A stretch of DNA of 64,000 bases from Dictyostelium discoideum (Eukaryota). The stretch spans positions 3,776,001 to 3,840,000 of the forward strand of contig CM000150.2 of NCBI GenBank assembly GCA_000004695.1, in the 5' to 3' direction. The stretch's first letter is position 1, and each line of letters starts with the position of its first letter. The position numbers and the translations under genes were made by a program. Shown here in pieces: positions 14,080 through 25,075 of this stretch. The notes beneath the pieces were generated by a model that ran no database searches, had not been told where the DNA came from, and saw only the letters and a program-made list of their open reading frames with translations.

Positions 14080-14952
14080 TAAAAGTAAAACTATTTATTT
14101 TTCTATTTTACAAATTGTCATCTCCAATTTTTATGCTTGGTTGGTAAAAAAAAAAAAAAAAAATAAACAAAATAAAAAGTTATTGTAAACACAAAAAAAA
14201 AAAAAAACTAAAAAAAAAAAAAAAAAAAAAAAAAAAAGTGATTTCACCAGGGATTATTAGGAAAAATTTAATTTTAATTTTTATATTTTTTTTTTTGGGT
14301 TTACAATAACTTTTTAAAATAAATTCTTAGGTAATATATTTTTTTTTTTTATAATTATTAACATATGTTATCTTCTTTTTTATTTTTTATTTTTTAATTA
14401 TTTTCAATAGTGATGTTTATAAATAAACAAAGAAATAATGGGAAACTCTAACAAGCCTTTGAGTGATTAGATTTTCAATCATTTCCTCTTCCATAATCCA
14501 ATGTATTTATATATTAATATCTAAAATTGGAGCTTGGTTATTTAACCCACCTCTTCTATTAAAAATTATTTAAATAAAGTTAAAACTCATTAATTTTATT
14601 TTATTTTATTTTGAAAAAAAAAAAAAAAAAAAAAAAAAAAACATTACCCTGTCCTTGCATTTGTTTTAATTTTTAAAATAAATATAGAAGGGAATAAAAT
14701 ATTGTTATTATTATTAATTAAACTAAATAAATAATTAATTTTTTAGTTTCCAAAAAATTTATTTGTTTTTCAAATTTTTTTTTTTAAAAAAAAAAAAAAT
14801 AAAAATAAAAAAAAATAAAAATTAAAAGATAGGGATATTGATTTTTTTTCCTCTCAGTTGGTGTGGTGATATTAAATAATAAAATTCAATGTGTAGTAGA
14901 AAGAAAGATATTTTATATATTGTTAAAGAATGTAATTATAATTTATTTTGTT

Positions 14953-14992
<40 letters not shown>

Positions 14993-15041
14993 TAAATTGA
15001 TTTGTTGGAATTTGAAAAAAAGGAATTGAAAATAATACTAT

Positions 15042-16432
15042 CTAAATAATTTTAAATCTTTCAGGTCTGTAAATAATGGTTTGATAAACTAAAATTCTAA
15101 CTATGTAGTGTATTGTTAATTGTAAGATATCACCATCATCACTTGATATACTAAAATTTTGAGTTAGCATAAATAAAAGGTTATTTTTCAAAAATTTAAA
15201 ATCATCAAATTCCCTATTTAAATCCAATACATAGTTCCCTATTTGTATTTGAAAAGGAAGATATTTTTTGAGAGTTTTAAAGGGTTCTAAACACTTTTTA
15301 ACAAGCTCATCCTCCTCATTCATAGGCATTGTTTCTGGTATTTTTTTTGAAAACGCCAAACAGAAAAATTGACTTTCATAATTGAATGGGTTTTCCACAA
15401 AATTTACAATAAATTTTAAACCAAACTTTTTGAAACTATCAATTATTTCATCTGAATCGATTGCCTTTTTAAAATTTGAAAATGGGATTGAAGGTGTTTC
15501 ATTAAACCACGATGCTTTGAGTAGATTTTTAGATTTTGGTCTGAGGCTTTGATCATAATTTAGAGCCAGTTTTAATACATCTTGACATTCTTGAGTTAAA
15601 TTATTGGGGATTGGGGGCGAACGACTTTGATTATTTCTTTGACCTCTCCATGGATCACTGCCAACAATCATCTCTAAAACGGTACACCCAAAACTCCAAA
15701 TATCACATTTTCTACTAAAATTTGAATTGTCTTTTTCTAAAATCTCTGGGGGTGCCCACAATGGTGTCCCACAAGCAGTTCTGAAATTGGTGTCGTTATT
15801 GATTGCTTTATATGATAAACCAAAATCTCCTAATATTGGCTCACCATTATCACTCAAATATATATTACCACCTTTGATATCTCTATGAATAATTGGTGGT
15901 TTTAATGAATGTATATAAACAATTGCTTTTAATATCGATATTGAAATCATTCTTGCCTTTGATTCACTTAATGCTGATATTTTAACAGTATCTGCGATTG
16001 AACCTTTTTTATAAAAAGGTGTCGCGATGTAATAATAATCTTTATCTTTATGATATCCAATTATTTTTAAAATATTTGGGTGATTTATTGAATAAAGAAT
16101 ATTGATTTCATTTACAATCTATATTTTTTTATTTTAAAAAAAAAATCAAAAGGTTAATATTTTGATCATAAGATTCCAATATTATATATATCTTACCTTT
16201 TCTTCTTTTAATACTGAAACATTAATTTTTTTAATAGCAATAAATTCGTTTGGTTTTGCTTTATCTCTATACTTTCCAACAGTACTGAAACTTCCTCTTC
16301 CAATATCTTCAATATATTCAAATTGATTAGTATCAAAAACTGGTGCTTTTGTAAATAACTTATTGCATTCTGAAAAATTCTCTAAAGAAAGTTTAATAGC
16401 CATTTGGAGGTCTCTATCTTTGTCACTATAAA

Positions 16433-16496
<64 letters not shown>

Positions 16497-16819
16497 ATTA
16501 TTATTATTATTACTATTATTTAATTCAACTTCATTCTTTTTATAATTTGTTGAATCTGTTTTAATTCTCTTATTACTATTATGATGATTGCTGACAAAAT
16601 TATTATTTTTTAATTTTTTAAAAAGATTTTTAAAGGATAAACAATCATTAATCCAATTTGTAATAATATTGCGTTGTCGATAAATTCCAAATGATCACCT
16701 GTGATTTTATTTTGATTAAACTTTTCAATAATAGCTATACTGAAATTATTATTAGAAAGCCATTTACAAACAGAGTCAATGTCCCATTCTTCATAATTTT
16801 CACATAACACAAATGACAT
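15042..16819 (-). CDS. SAM-kinase family paralog 4 (minus strand): SAM domain + protein kinase + conserved C-terminal domain; exons ~16197..16819 and 15042..16118; apparent -1 frameshift between SAM and linker (possible pseudogene or sequence error)
   Basis: ORF 16610..16819(-) is a SAM domain (EEWDIDSVCKWLSNNNFSIAIIEKFNQNKITGDHLEFIDNAILLQIG). A second frame continues through the homologous ...DCLSFKNLFKKLKNNN... linker, poly-N and MAIK...IGRGSFSTVGKYRDKAKPNEFIAIKKINVSVLKEEK|gtaag (ORF 16182..16403). The acceptor atatag| sits before ATTGTAAATGAAATCAATATTCTTTATTCAATAAATCACCC at 16118, joining ORF 15042..15950 (HRDIKGGN, DFGLSYK, CTD ending ...ILVYQTIIYRPERFKII*). Confidence 0.6.
16438..16530. 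repeat. (ATT)n tract (poly-N coding on minus strand) in linker of kinase paralog 4
   Basis: An ATT trinucleotide run with two single-unit interruptions. It stays in phase with MAIK... downstream. Confidence 0.85.
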
Positions 16820-17619
16820 GTTATTTATGTAAGATTCAAACCTGCTTTGACATCAAACATTGATCCATGTTTTGTTGATAGATTAATATAACTAATAACA
16901 ATAGTATTATATAAAATGAAAATTATTAAAAAATAAAAATGGTGTTTTTATAAGAAAAAATTTGGATTGTAGTTAATTTTTTAAAAAAAAAAACACCAAA
17001 ATATCTCAACACAGACTTAAGATTTTAAGTATGTGTTGTGGTTTTTTTTTTTTTTAAATTTTGAAAATCTTGATATTTTATATCTTGTTTTTTAAAGAAA
17101 AAAAATGGTGTTTTTTAAAAAAAAAAAAAAAATGTAATTTTACCATCATCCCCAAAAAGCTTCTCTAATAATTTAATAAGTTCAGATAATGGTGTGGACA
17201 TTTGATGAGGATAATTATAATAATAAAATTAATTTTGAATAAATTAACTTTGAATTAAATAATTAGTGATTTATATTTTTGATAAAACAAAATATATATT
17301 ACTTGAAATTTAAAAAATTGAGTCATTCTGTTATTTTTTAAGTCAGTTTCTTAATATTTTAAGCTTAAAGATTTAATTATTTGTTTTCCCGCACCTAACC
17401 AATTTTTTTTTTTTTTTATTTGGATTTAATTTTTAATTTTTAAAAAGGTTTATTATGTACGCGTGATATACAGCAACTTCCAGAATTGGTCGATTGCTTC
17501 AATTCCTTGTAGATTGGTGATATTTTTGTTACAATTAAAAAGGACAAGAACAATGTGAAAACTTTTAATTATTTTTTTATTTTCTAAATTTGTTTTTTTT
17601 TTTTTTTTTTTTATTTATT

Positions 17620-17620
<1 letters not shown>

Positions 17621-17659
<39 letters not shown>

Positions 17660-17660
17660 T
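17621..17660. repeat. (CTTT)n microsatellite
   Basis: ctttctttctttctttctttctttctttctttcttt. Confidence 0.9.
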
Positions 17661-18024
17661 ATTTATTTATTTTTTTAAAAAATTAAGGTTGATGTGAAAA
17701 TATTGCAAAAAAAGATTCATAAAATGAGATAAATGATCACCCTCAATAAGATTGTTCACCAAATTGAAGCTAAAAAAATTGTTTATCCCACACCCACCCT
17801 ATTTTTTTTTTTTTTTTTTTTTTTTTTTTATTTGTAAAAAGTTGAATTAACAATTTAATCAAATGATATTTATTACTTATAAATATTGATGATACAAACT
17901 TATTCCAACTATGAATGATGATTGCTGAATTAAACTATTACTATATATATTAATTTGATGGATTTTGGTTACCCAATCATGTTTCCTGTATTTTACATTG
18001 ATTGCCAAAGGCTTTAGAACAAAA

Positions 18025-18137
18025 TTGAGTGTCGAAGCAGCCCAATATAACCTAGAATATCCATTTATTGAAGTTGAGTGTCGAAGCGGCCCAATGTAAC
18101 CGAGATAATCCATTTATCGAAGATGAGATTGAGGGTT
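18025..18137. repeat. 49-bp tandem repeat (2.3 copies), relatively GC-rich
   Basis: ttgagtgtcgaagcagcccaatataacctagaatatccatttattgaag and ttgagtgtcgaagcggcccaatgtaaccgagataatccatttatcgaag, followed by the partial copy atgagattgaggg. Confidence 0.8.
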
Positions 18138-18653
18138 TTTTTTTTTTTTTTTTTTAATTATTAAAAACAACTAAAACCATTTAACCAAAATAAATTAAAG
18201 ATATTCTTACAATAAAAAAAGGCAATATGAAACTTTTATATTATTTATTTCCTAAATTTGTTTTTTTTTTTTATTTTTTTTTATTTTTTTTTTTTTTTAT
18301 TTATTTATTTAAAGCTAAAAAAAGATTCAAATACTGAGACATTTCATATGACACAATAAGATTGTTTATCAATCTGAAGTTATAATCATTGTTTATGTGG
18401 TATATTGAACACCTATATAGTTTCATTTAATACATCCCAATATTGTATCTTCTTTTTTTTTTTTTTAAAGAGTACCCATTAATGATGATTGTTCAATTAA
18501 ACTATTACTATTATTATTATTACTATTATTCTACTTGAATATAATCTCTTTATCCATCATTTTGAAAAATAATATTATTATTTAATTGAAATTCATTTTA
18601 TTATAATTGTTTGTCTTAATTTTTTTTGTAAAAAATTGTTATTATTATTACTA

Positions 18654-18723
<70 letters not shown>

Positions 18724-19203
18724 ATTATATAATTGTTAATCATTGAGCACATATAGAAAAAATAAAAATAAAAATAAAAATAAAAATAAAAATAAAAATA
18801 AAAAAAATTATTTATCTAGTTTATTTTTTATTTTTTAATTTTTTAATTTTTTTTCTTTTTTTTTTTTTTTTTAAAAACTTTAAAGGCATTAAAAATCTGA
18901 GGTTACCTGTTAATAGATTCACATTTTGGTGCCAGACCAGCAATATTTAATTTAATTTTTTTAATTTAAATTTTTTTTTTTTATTTTATTTTTTTTTTTT
19001 TTTTTTATTTATTTTTTTTTTCACGAGAAAAAAAAAAAAAAAAAAAAATTAAAAATAAAAAATTAAATTGTTTTTTTTTTTCCAACACACACACATAACC
19101 AATCATACTATTGTTATAATATCTTTTTTTTTTTTTATAGTTCTATAAATAAACACACACATATAATTTTAAATTCTTTTTATAAACATATATTTTTAAA
19201 AAC

Positions 19204-20160
19204 ATGGTAGATACATCAAATCTTTTACCACAAACACCAAGACTTTTAAAAGTCCCATTAATTATTTTAAATATTATCCTTTGGGTATGTATTTTAATTT
19301 TTTTTTTTTTTTTTTTTTAAAACAAAAACTAAAAATAAAAAAAAAAAAAAAGATAATTGCAATATTAAAAAATAAATAAATAAATAAAAAAAATAAAATA
19401 AAAAAATATATTTTAATTAATAATATCTTAAAAAAAAAAAAAAAAAAATCTTTAGATTCTTGGTTTAGTTTTAGTTATTGTTGGTGGTATTTGTGTTAGC
19501 TTTTTATCAAATTTCAAAGATTTCACAAAAGCCAGTGATGCTAAATCAGCTCTTTCAAATCTTACAACCAGTATTCCAGCTGGTGTTTTAGTTATTGGTA
19601 TCCTCTTTGTAATTTTCACTGTTGTTGGTTGTTTCGTTGCGTAAGTATACCAATAATAATAAATTATTATTATTATTATTATTATTTATTTTTATTAACA
19701 TTTTATAAAATAATATAGTTACAAAGAGAAATTAGTTGGTTTAGTAATCTATTGTGCAGTAATGTTAATTTTATTAGTTATTTTAATTGGTGTTGGTGGT
19801 AAAGCTATAACATTACACAATGATGATATCATTAATGAAGTTGGTGGTGCTTGGGAACATGTTGCCAATGGTACAAAGAATAGCACCCTCACTCGTCTCG
19901 AAAATTTCTTAAAATGTTGTAAATGGTCAAACGTCTCAATAGACTCTTCAGATTTATGTCCAAAAGATGGTGATAAAATTAAATATGAAGGTCACTATTG
20001 TGGTGAAGCTTTAAGTGACCAATTCAGTTCAAAAATCTATGCTGTTGGTGCTGCTGGTTTAGCCATTGGTATCATTGAACTCGTTGCCATCCTTTTCTCA
20101 TTATTCTTAATTATTCGTATTTGTCGTTCACCAAGAACTCGTTCATATGATCAATATTAA
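19204..20160 (+). CDS. tetraspanin paralog 2; exons 19204..19284, 19456..19640, 19719..20160
   Basis: MVDTSNLLPQTPRLLKVPLIILNIILW|gtatgt; tttag|ILGLVLVIVGGICVSF...VGCFVA with donor GC|gtaagt at 19641; aatatag|T joins in phase to YKEKLVGLVIYCAVMLILLVILIGVGGK... (ORF 19762..20160 with KCCKW and CPKD motifs, TM4 and the ...RICRSPRTRSYDQY* tail). Confidence 0.75.
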
Positions 20161-20606
20161 ATAAATAAATAAAACAAAATAAATAAATAATAGTAATAAA
20201 ATCAAAAATTTAAAAATATCAACAAAATTAATTTTTTTTTTTTTTTTTTTTTCTAAAAATAGAAAAAAATAAATAAATAAAAAATTTAAAAAAATAAAAA
20301 AAAAATACAAATATGCATCAAAACTGTTTAATTCTCTTTTTTTTTTTTTTTTTATTTATTTTTTATGAGAACCAAAACCTTGTTTTTTGATTTTTTTTTT
20401 TTCAGCCTGTGGTTTCGATTTCTTTAAATAAACGTTTATTTTTTTTAATTTTTTTTTTTTTTTTTTTTAATTTTTTTTATTTTTTAATTTTTTTTTTTTA
20501 TTCACACTGTTTTTTTACATGTGAAACTATTGACCACAAATATTTAAAAAAAAAAAAAAAAAAATTAAAAACTATAATAAAATTGTAATATATATATAAA
20601 TAAAAT

Positions 20607-20891
20607 ATGGTAGAATATCTTCCTTCAACTCCACGTTATTTAAAAGGTATGATTATTATTATTTTATTTTTTTTGATTGTTTTTTTAATTGATTGTTTTT
20701 TTTTTTTTTTTTTTTTTTTTTAATCACCTTTTTCTATTTTATTCTACTAATTTAAGAAAAATTTTATAATTTACTAATTTATTCCAATTTATATATATAT
20801 GTATATATAAAGTTCCATTAATAATATTAAATGTCATTCTTTGGGTAAAGTTTTTCCTGTTTTTTTAACACCATCATACCAGGGGCAAAAA

Positions 20892-20930
<39 letters not shown>

Positions 20931-21645
20931 TTAAAGATTTTAATTTATGAATATAATAATAAATTTTATTATTATTAATTATTAATTATAAATTATTATT
21001 ATTATTATTATTATTATTATTTAGTTATTAGGATTAGTACTTGTTATTATTGGTGGAATTTGTGTTGGATTTTTTTCAAGATTTAAAGAGTTACAAGAAG
21101 TAGGAGGAGTTTCAGAATCAATAAAGAGTATATCGGTATCATTACCAGCTGGTGTATTAAGTATTGGTATATTCTTTATGGTATTAACAGTAGCAGGATG
21201 TATCGTAGCTTATAAAGAGAAAATGGTAGGATTGGTATTCTACACAATATTGATGTTGGTTTTATTAGTTGTTTTAATTGGTATTGGTGGTGAAGCATTA
21301 ACTTACCATAATGCTGATATCGGTATTGAAATCGAAGATAATTGGAAAAACATCTCATATTCAAATCAAAGTGTTGTAATTAAAAAATTGGAACAATTCT
21401 TTGAATGTTGTTGTTTTGATGAAAGTGATCTAAAATTAAATTGTACTGCATTATGTCCACAAGATGATCAAAAAAATATATTATATAATGGTACTTTTTG
21501 TTATGATGTAATATTTGGTGCTGTAAATTCGAAATTGTATTTAGTTGGTAGTGCTGGTGTTGCAATTGGTGTGATTGAATTGGTTTCATTAATGTTTGCT
21601 TTATTTTTAATTGTTAGATTATATAAATCAAATTCTTATAGATAA
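20607..21645 (+). CDS. tetraspanin paralog 3; exons 20607..20646, 20813..20844, 21025..21645
   Basis: ATG GTA GAA TAT CTT CCT TCA ACT CCA CGT TAT TTA AAA G|gtatga; ag|TT CCA TTA ATA ATA TTA AAT GTC ATT CTT TGG|gtaaag; ttatttag|TTA TTA GGA TTA GTA CTT GTT ATT ATT GGT GGA... continues into ORF 21178..21645 (ECCCF and CPQDD motifs, TM4). Confidence 0.7.
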
Positions 21646-21961
21646 TAATAAATAATAAATAAAATAATAATAATAAATAAAATAATAAATAATAATAAAT
21701 AACAATTAATTAAAAATATTAAATAAAAATAAAATATTCATAATTTGAATATTTCTTTTTTTTTTTTTCACCCCCTCCCCTAAACTCTTAAAATTTCATA
21801 TGTTTTTCTCATAATTTTTTTTTTTTATTTTTTTTATTTTTTTTATTGATAATTTTCATTTTTTTTTTTTTTTTTTTCTTTTTATTTTCATCATTTTTTT
21901 AGTATTTTAAAAAACAAATAATAATAATAATAATAATATATAAATAATAGAAAAAAAAAAA

Positions 21962-24493
21962 ATGAATATAATTACAACATTAGGTAATAATAATAGTAAT
22001 AATAATAAAAATAATGATAAACCAATGTCATATGAAGAGATTGAAAAATGGACAATTGAAAAGATGGATAAAATGTTGGGAGTTGATTCAAAGGAGATGG
22101 CAAAATATGTACTTTCAATGGATACAAATTCAGAGATTGAAAATTATTTAGCAGATGTTTTAGGTAATACAAAAAAAGTTCAAACATTTATTGAACAATT
22201 AATTAAAAAAATTAATTCATTACCAAGAAGAGTTTCAACAATTAAAGTTTATAAACCACAATCAAATCAAATGAATAATATTAAAAATAAAAAAAATACA
22301 ACCACAACCACAACCACAACCACTACAACTACTACTAATAAACCAACAAAACAACAAATTAGATCATTTAAAGAGATTGAAATTGAAATGAAACCAGGTG
22401 AACCATGTGATTGTCAAGCAACAAGACATAAACTATTAACCAATTGTTTAAATTGTGGTAAAATTATGTGTGAACAAGATGCAGGGTTATCAAAGAAATG
22501 TAGTTTTTGTTCAACACCATTATTTACAAATCCAATTAATTTATCAACACAACAACAACAATTGGTTGAAAAAAATTTAACAAATGCAGTTGAATATAAA
22601 GATAGAATTTTAGGTTATCAAAATACTCATGCTAAACGTACAATGGTTTATGATGATCAAGAGGATTATTTCTCAAATTCTACAAACAAATGGTTAACTG
22701 AAGAGGAAAGAAAAAAAGTTTTACAACAAGAACAAGAATTTAAACAAAAACAAGAAGATTATAAAAAAACTACTAGAATTTCAATCGATTTTCAAGGTAG
22801 AAGAATTATTACTGCACCAATTGATAAAAAATTATTTGAATTTGAAAAATTATCATTTCAAGATAAAAATAAATCACAACAACAACAACAACAAGATGAA
22901 TATAAATCAATTCAAGATTTTAAAAGTAGAAATGCTGAAATTGATAATAATCTTGGTAAAGATGTTAAATATACAAATTCAAAACAAATTAATAATAATA
23001 ATAATAATGATGATGGTAATGATAATAAAAAGATATCGGATCAAAGTGGTAAAATTATATTAGGTAGTGGTGGTGATGATTTAATTACAAAACAATATTA
23101 TGGCGTTGAAGAAGATATTGTTGTTTTTAATTCAAAAGAAGTTTTATCAAATGTAAATCTAAAATATAGAGGTATTATGGAAGGTTTATGGTATGATCAT
23201 ACTGGTTCAATTAAAAAGAGATTACCAAATTTATCAATTTATAAAAATTATATTCAAAATTTAAAAGATAATTCTTGTAATTTCATTTCAATTTCACCAC
23301 AAAATTATAGTAATCAAGAATTTCAATTTATTGGTTTAAATAGTATTGAAAATTCAAATTCAAATAGTTTAATATTACCAAATCAAATTAAAGAATTTTT
23401 AAAACAATTAATTGATTTTACAAATAAAAAAGATTTAAATAATTCAAATAATTCTATTAAAATTAATATATCAATATTAATACCAAGAGAATTTGAATTT
23501 TCAAATGAAAATAATTTTAAATTGTTAAAGAGTATAATTGAAATGTATGTTATGGTTGGAATTAAATCATTTAGTTTAATATTACCAAGTGGTTGGAATG
23601 ATTCATTTACGTTACCAATTTGTGCACCAAATTCAACAAAGAGTGAAGTTAACAATTCAAAAACTTATTCACAAACCCAAACCGCTTTCTTGACTCAATT
23701 GTATAAACATTATAAAAACAATATCGAATTTATAATTTGTCCATCAATGTTTGAATTGAATTTATCTTCTGGTACACCACCACCATCACGTCAACAAATT
23801 GAATATTGGTTAGAGATTAATAAATCAACACCTCAATCTTATCCAATTCTATTCACAACTTTATCAGGTTCTTTACAAAATTCAACTTTATCAAAAATTA
23901 AAAATATTTTTGATAAAAGAGATTTAATTGTAATTGAAAAATATCCTTATAAAAATAAACAAGTTCAAGCTCAACAAAAATCAATCATTTTACCAATTCA
24001 ATGGGATCCATATCATTGTTCATTTGATGATTATAAATCATTTTTATGTGGTGTTTTAGCTTCACCGTTTGATTCAGAGTTTTATTTAGATGATTTAACA
24101 ACAATGATAACTTTATGTACAACTTTTATTCAATATTTGAAATCACCTTTCAATTATCAAAGTGAATTAAGTTTACGTGCTACACTTGTTAACTTTACTG
24201 ATGGTAATGAAGAGGTTGCTGATTGTTTAGCAAATTTAATTTTAGCACTTTCAAATGGTGTTTTCGATCAAATTAATTCAATAGTTTTAACAAATCAATT
24301 AGAAAGACAACAACAACAACAAACTGATAATATCATTAAAAAAGATTCAATTGATCCAAGAGATAGAATCTTTTTTGAAAATCTTATTAATTATTCAAAT
24401 TTAGTTTTAGATTGTTTCAATAATTTACCTCATGACCCATTATTTGATTATTTAAATTTAATTAAAAAAACTTTATTAAATTATTTAGATTAA
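21962..24493 (+). CDS. activating signal cointegrator-1 (ASC-1/TRIP4)-like protein: N-terminal ASC-1 region with C2HC5 zinc finger, then low-complexity linker and a C-terminal domain unrelated to ASCH
   Basis: A single 843-aa ORF. It carries the TRIP4-like N-terminus (EEIEKWTIEKMDKMLGVDSKEMAKYVLSM...FIEQLIKKI), a zf-C2HC5 motif (PCDCQATRHKLLTNCLNCGKIMCEQ...CSFCSTPL), and the conserved RTMVYDDQEDYFSNSTNKWLTEEERK and ISIDFQGRRII blocks. The ~300-aa C-terminal region is discussed in the findings. Confidence 0.7.
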   Translation: MNIITTLGNNNSNNNKNNDKPMSYEEIEKWTIEKMDKMLGVDSKEMAKYVLSMDTNSEIENYLADVLGNTKKVQTFIEQLIKKINSLPRRVSTIKVYKPQSNQMNNIKNKKNTTTTTTTTTTTTTNKPTKQQIRSFKEIEIEMKPGEPCDCQATRHKLLTNCLNCGKIMCEQDAGLSKKCSFCSTPLFTNPINLSTQQQQLVEKNLTNAVEYKDRILGYQNTHAKRTMVYDDQEDYFSNSTNKWLTEEERKKVLQQEQEFKQKQEDYKKTTRISIDFQGRRIITAPIDKKLFEFEKLSFQDKNKSQQQQQQDEYKSIQDFKSRNAEIDNNLGKDVKYTNSKQINNNNNNDDGNDNKKISDQSGKIILGSGGDDLITKQYYGVEEDIVVFNSKEVLSNVNLKYRGIMEGLWYDHTGSIKKRLPNLSIYKNYIQNLKDNSCNFISISPQNYSNQEFQFIGLNSIENSNSNSLILPNQIKEFLKQLIDFTNKKDLNNSNNSIKINISILIPREFEFSNENNFKLLKSIIEMYVMVGIKSFSLILPSGWNDSFTLPICAPNSTKSEVNNSKTYSQTQTAFLTQLYKHYKNNIEFIICPSMFELNLSSGTPPPSRQQIEYWLEINKSTPQSYPILFTTLSGSLQNSTLSKIKNIFDKRDLIVIEKYPYKNKQVQAQQKSIILPIQWDPYHCSFDDYKSFLCGVLASPFDSEFYLDDLTTMITLCTTFIQYLKSPFNYQSELSLRATLVNFTDGNEEVADCLANLILALSNGVFDQINSIVLTNQLERQQQQQTDNIIKKDSIDPRDRIFFENLINYSNLVLDCFNNLPHDPLFDYLNLIKKTLLNYLD

Positions 24494-24955
24494 ATAAATG
24501 AAAAAATAATTATTTATTAAAAATAATTTAAAAATAGTTTTTTTTTTTTTTTTAAAAAATTTAATTAATATGTAAAGAAAAAATAATAAAAATAAAATAA
24601 AAAATAAAAATAAAAACAATACTTATGTGTTTTTTTTTTTTTTTTTTTTTCATAAAAATATTATTTGTAGTTTGAAACAATACCACTAATTCAATGGAAA
24701 TATTTGTAAAATTTGGAAATTATAATAATTATTTTTTATTTTTTTTATTTTTTTTATTGTAATGAATTGGTGGGCATTTATTATGATTATTTTATTTAAT
24801 ATTTTCATATTGATTTTTTTTTTTTTTTTTTTATCATTATAATTTCTTTTTTTTAATTTTTTAATTTTTTCCTTTTCTGACAAAATTTAAATAAAATCTA
24901 AAAAAAAAAAAAAAATAAAAAAATAAAAAAAAAAAAAAGAAAGAAACTACCGATT

Positions 24956-24992
<37 letters not shown>

Positions 24993-25075
24993 TTTTTATT
25001 AAATAAATTATATCACTTGAACATAATAATAATAAAAATAATTTCTTATCTTTTTTAAAAAAAAAAAAAAAAAAA

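Larger units (their letters stand above)
17521..18560. repeat. tandem duplication of a ~680-bp non-coding unit
   Basis: Two degenerate copies (about 17521..18204 and 18205..18560) share these blocks: 'ttacaat(t)aaaaagg(a)caa...atgtgaaaactttta', poly-T, 'aaaaagattca.aaa.tgaga.a...taagattgtt.a.caa..tgaag.ta.aa', 'attgtttat', 'tgatgattg.t.aattaaactattacta'. Confidence 0.6.

Noticed and set aside
17877-18113. ORF 17877..18113(-) 78 aa
   Set aside because: It lies within the tandemly duplicated non-coding block and 49-bp repeat. It has no homology signal and no splice or start context, so it is treated as a repeat.
21962-24493. Possibility that the 843-aa ASC-1-like ORF is two genes fused by a missed intron or stop
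   Set aside because: The frame is continuous with no candidate GT..AG interruption that would separate the N-terminal TRIP4-like part from the C-terminal domain, so it is kept as one gene with a flag for experimental confirmation.
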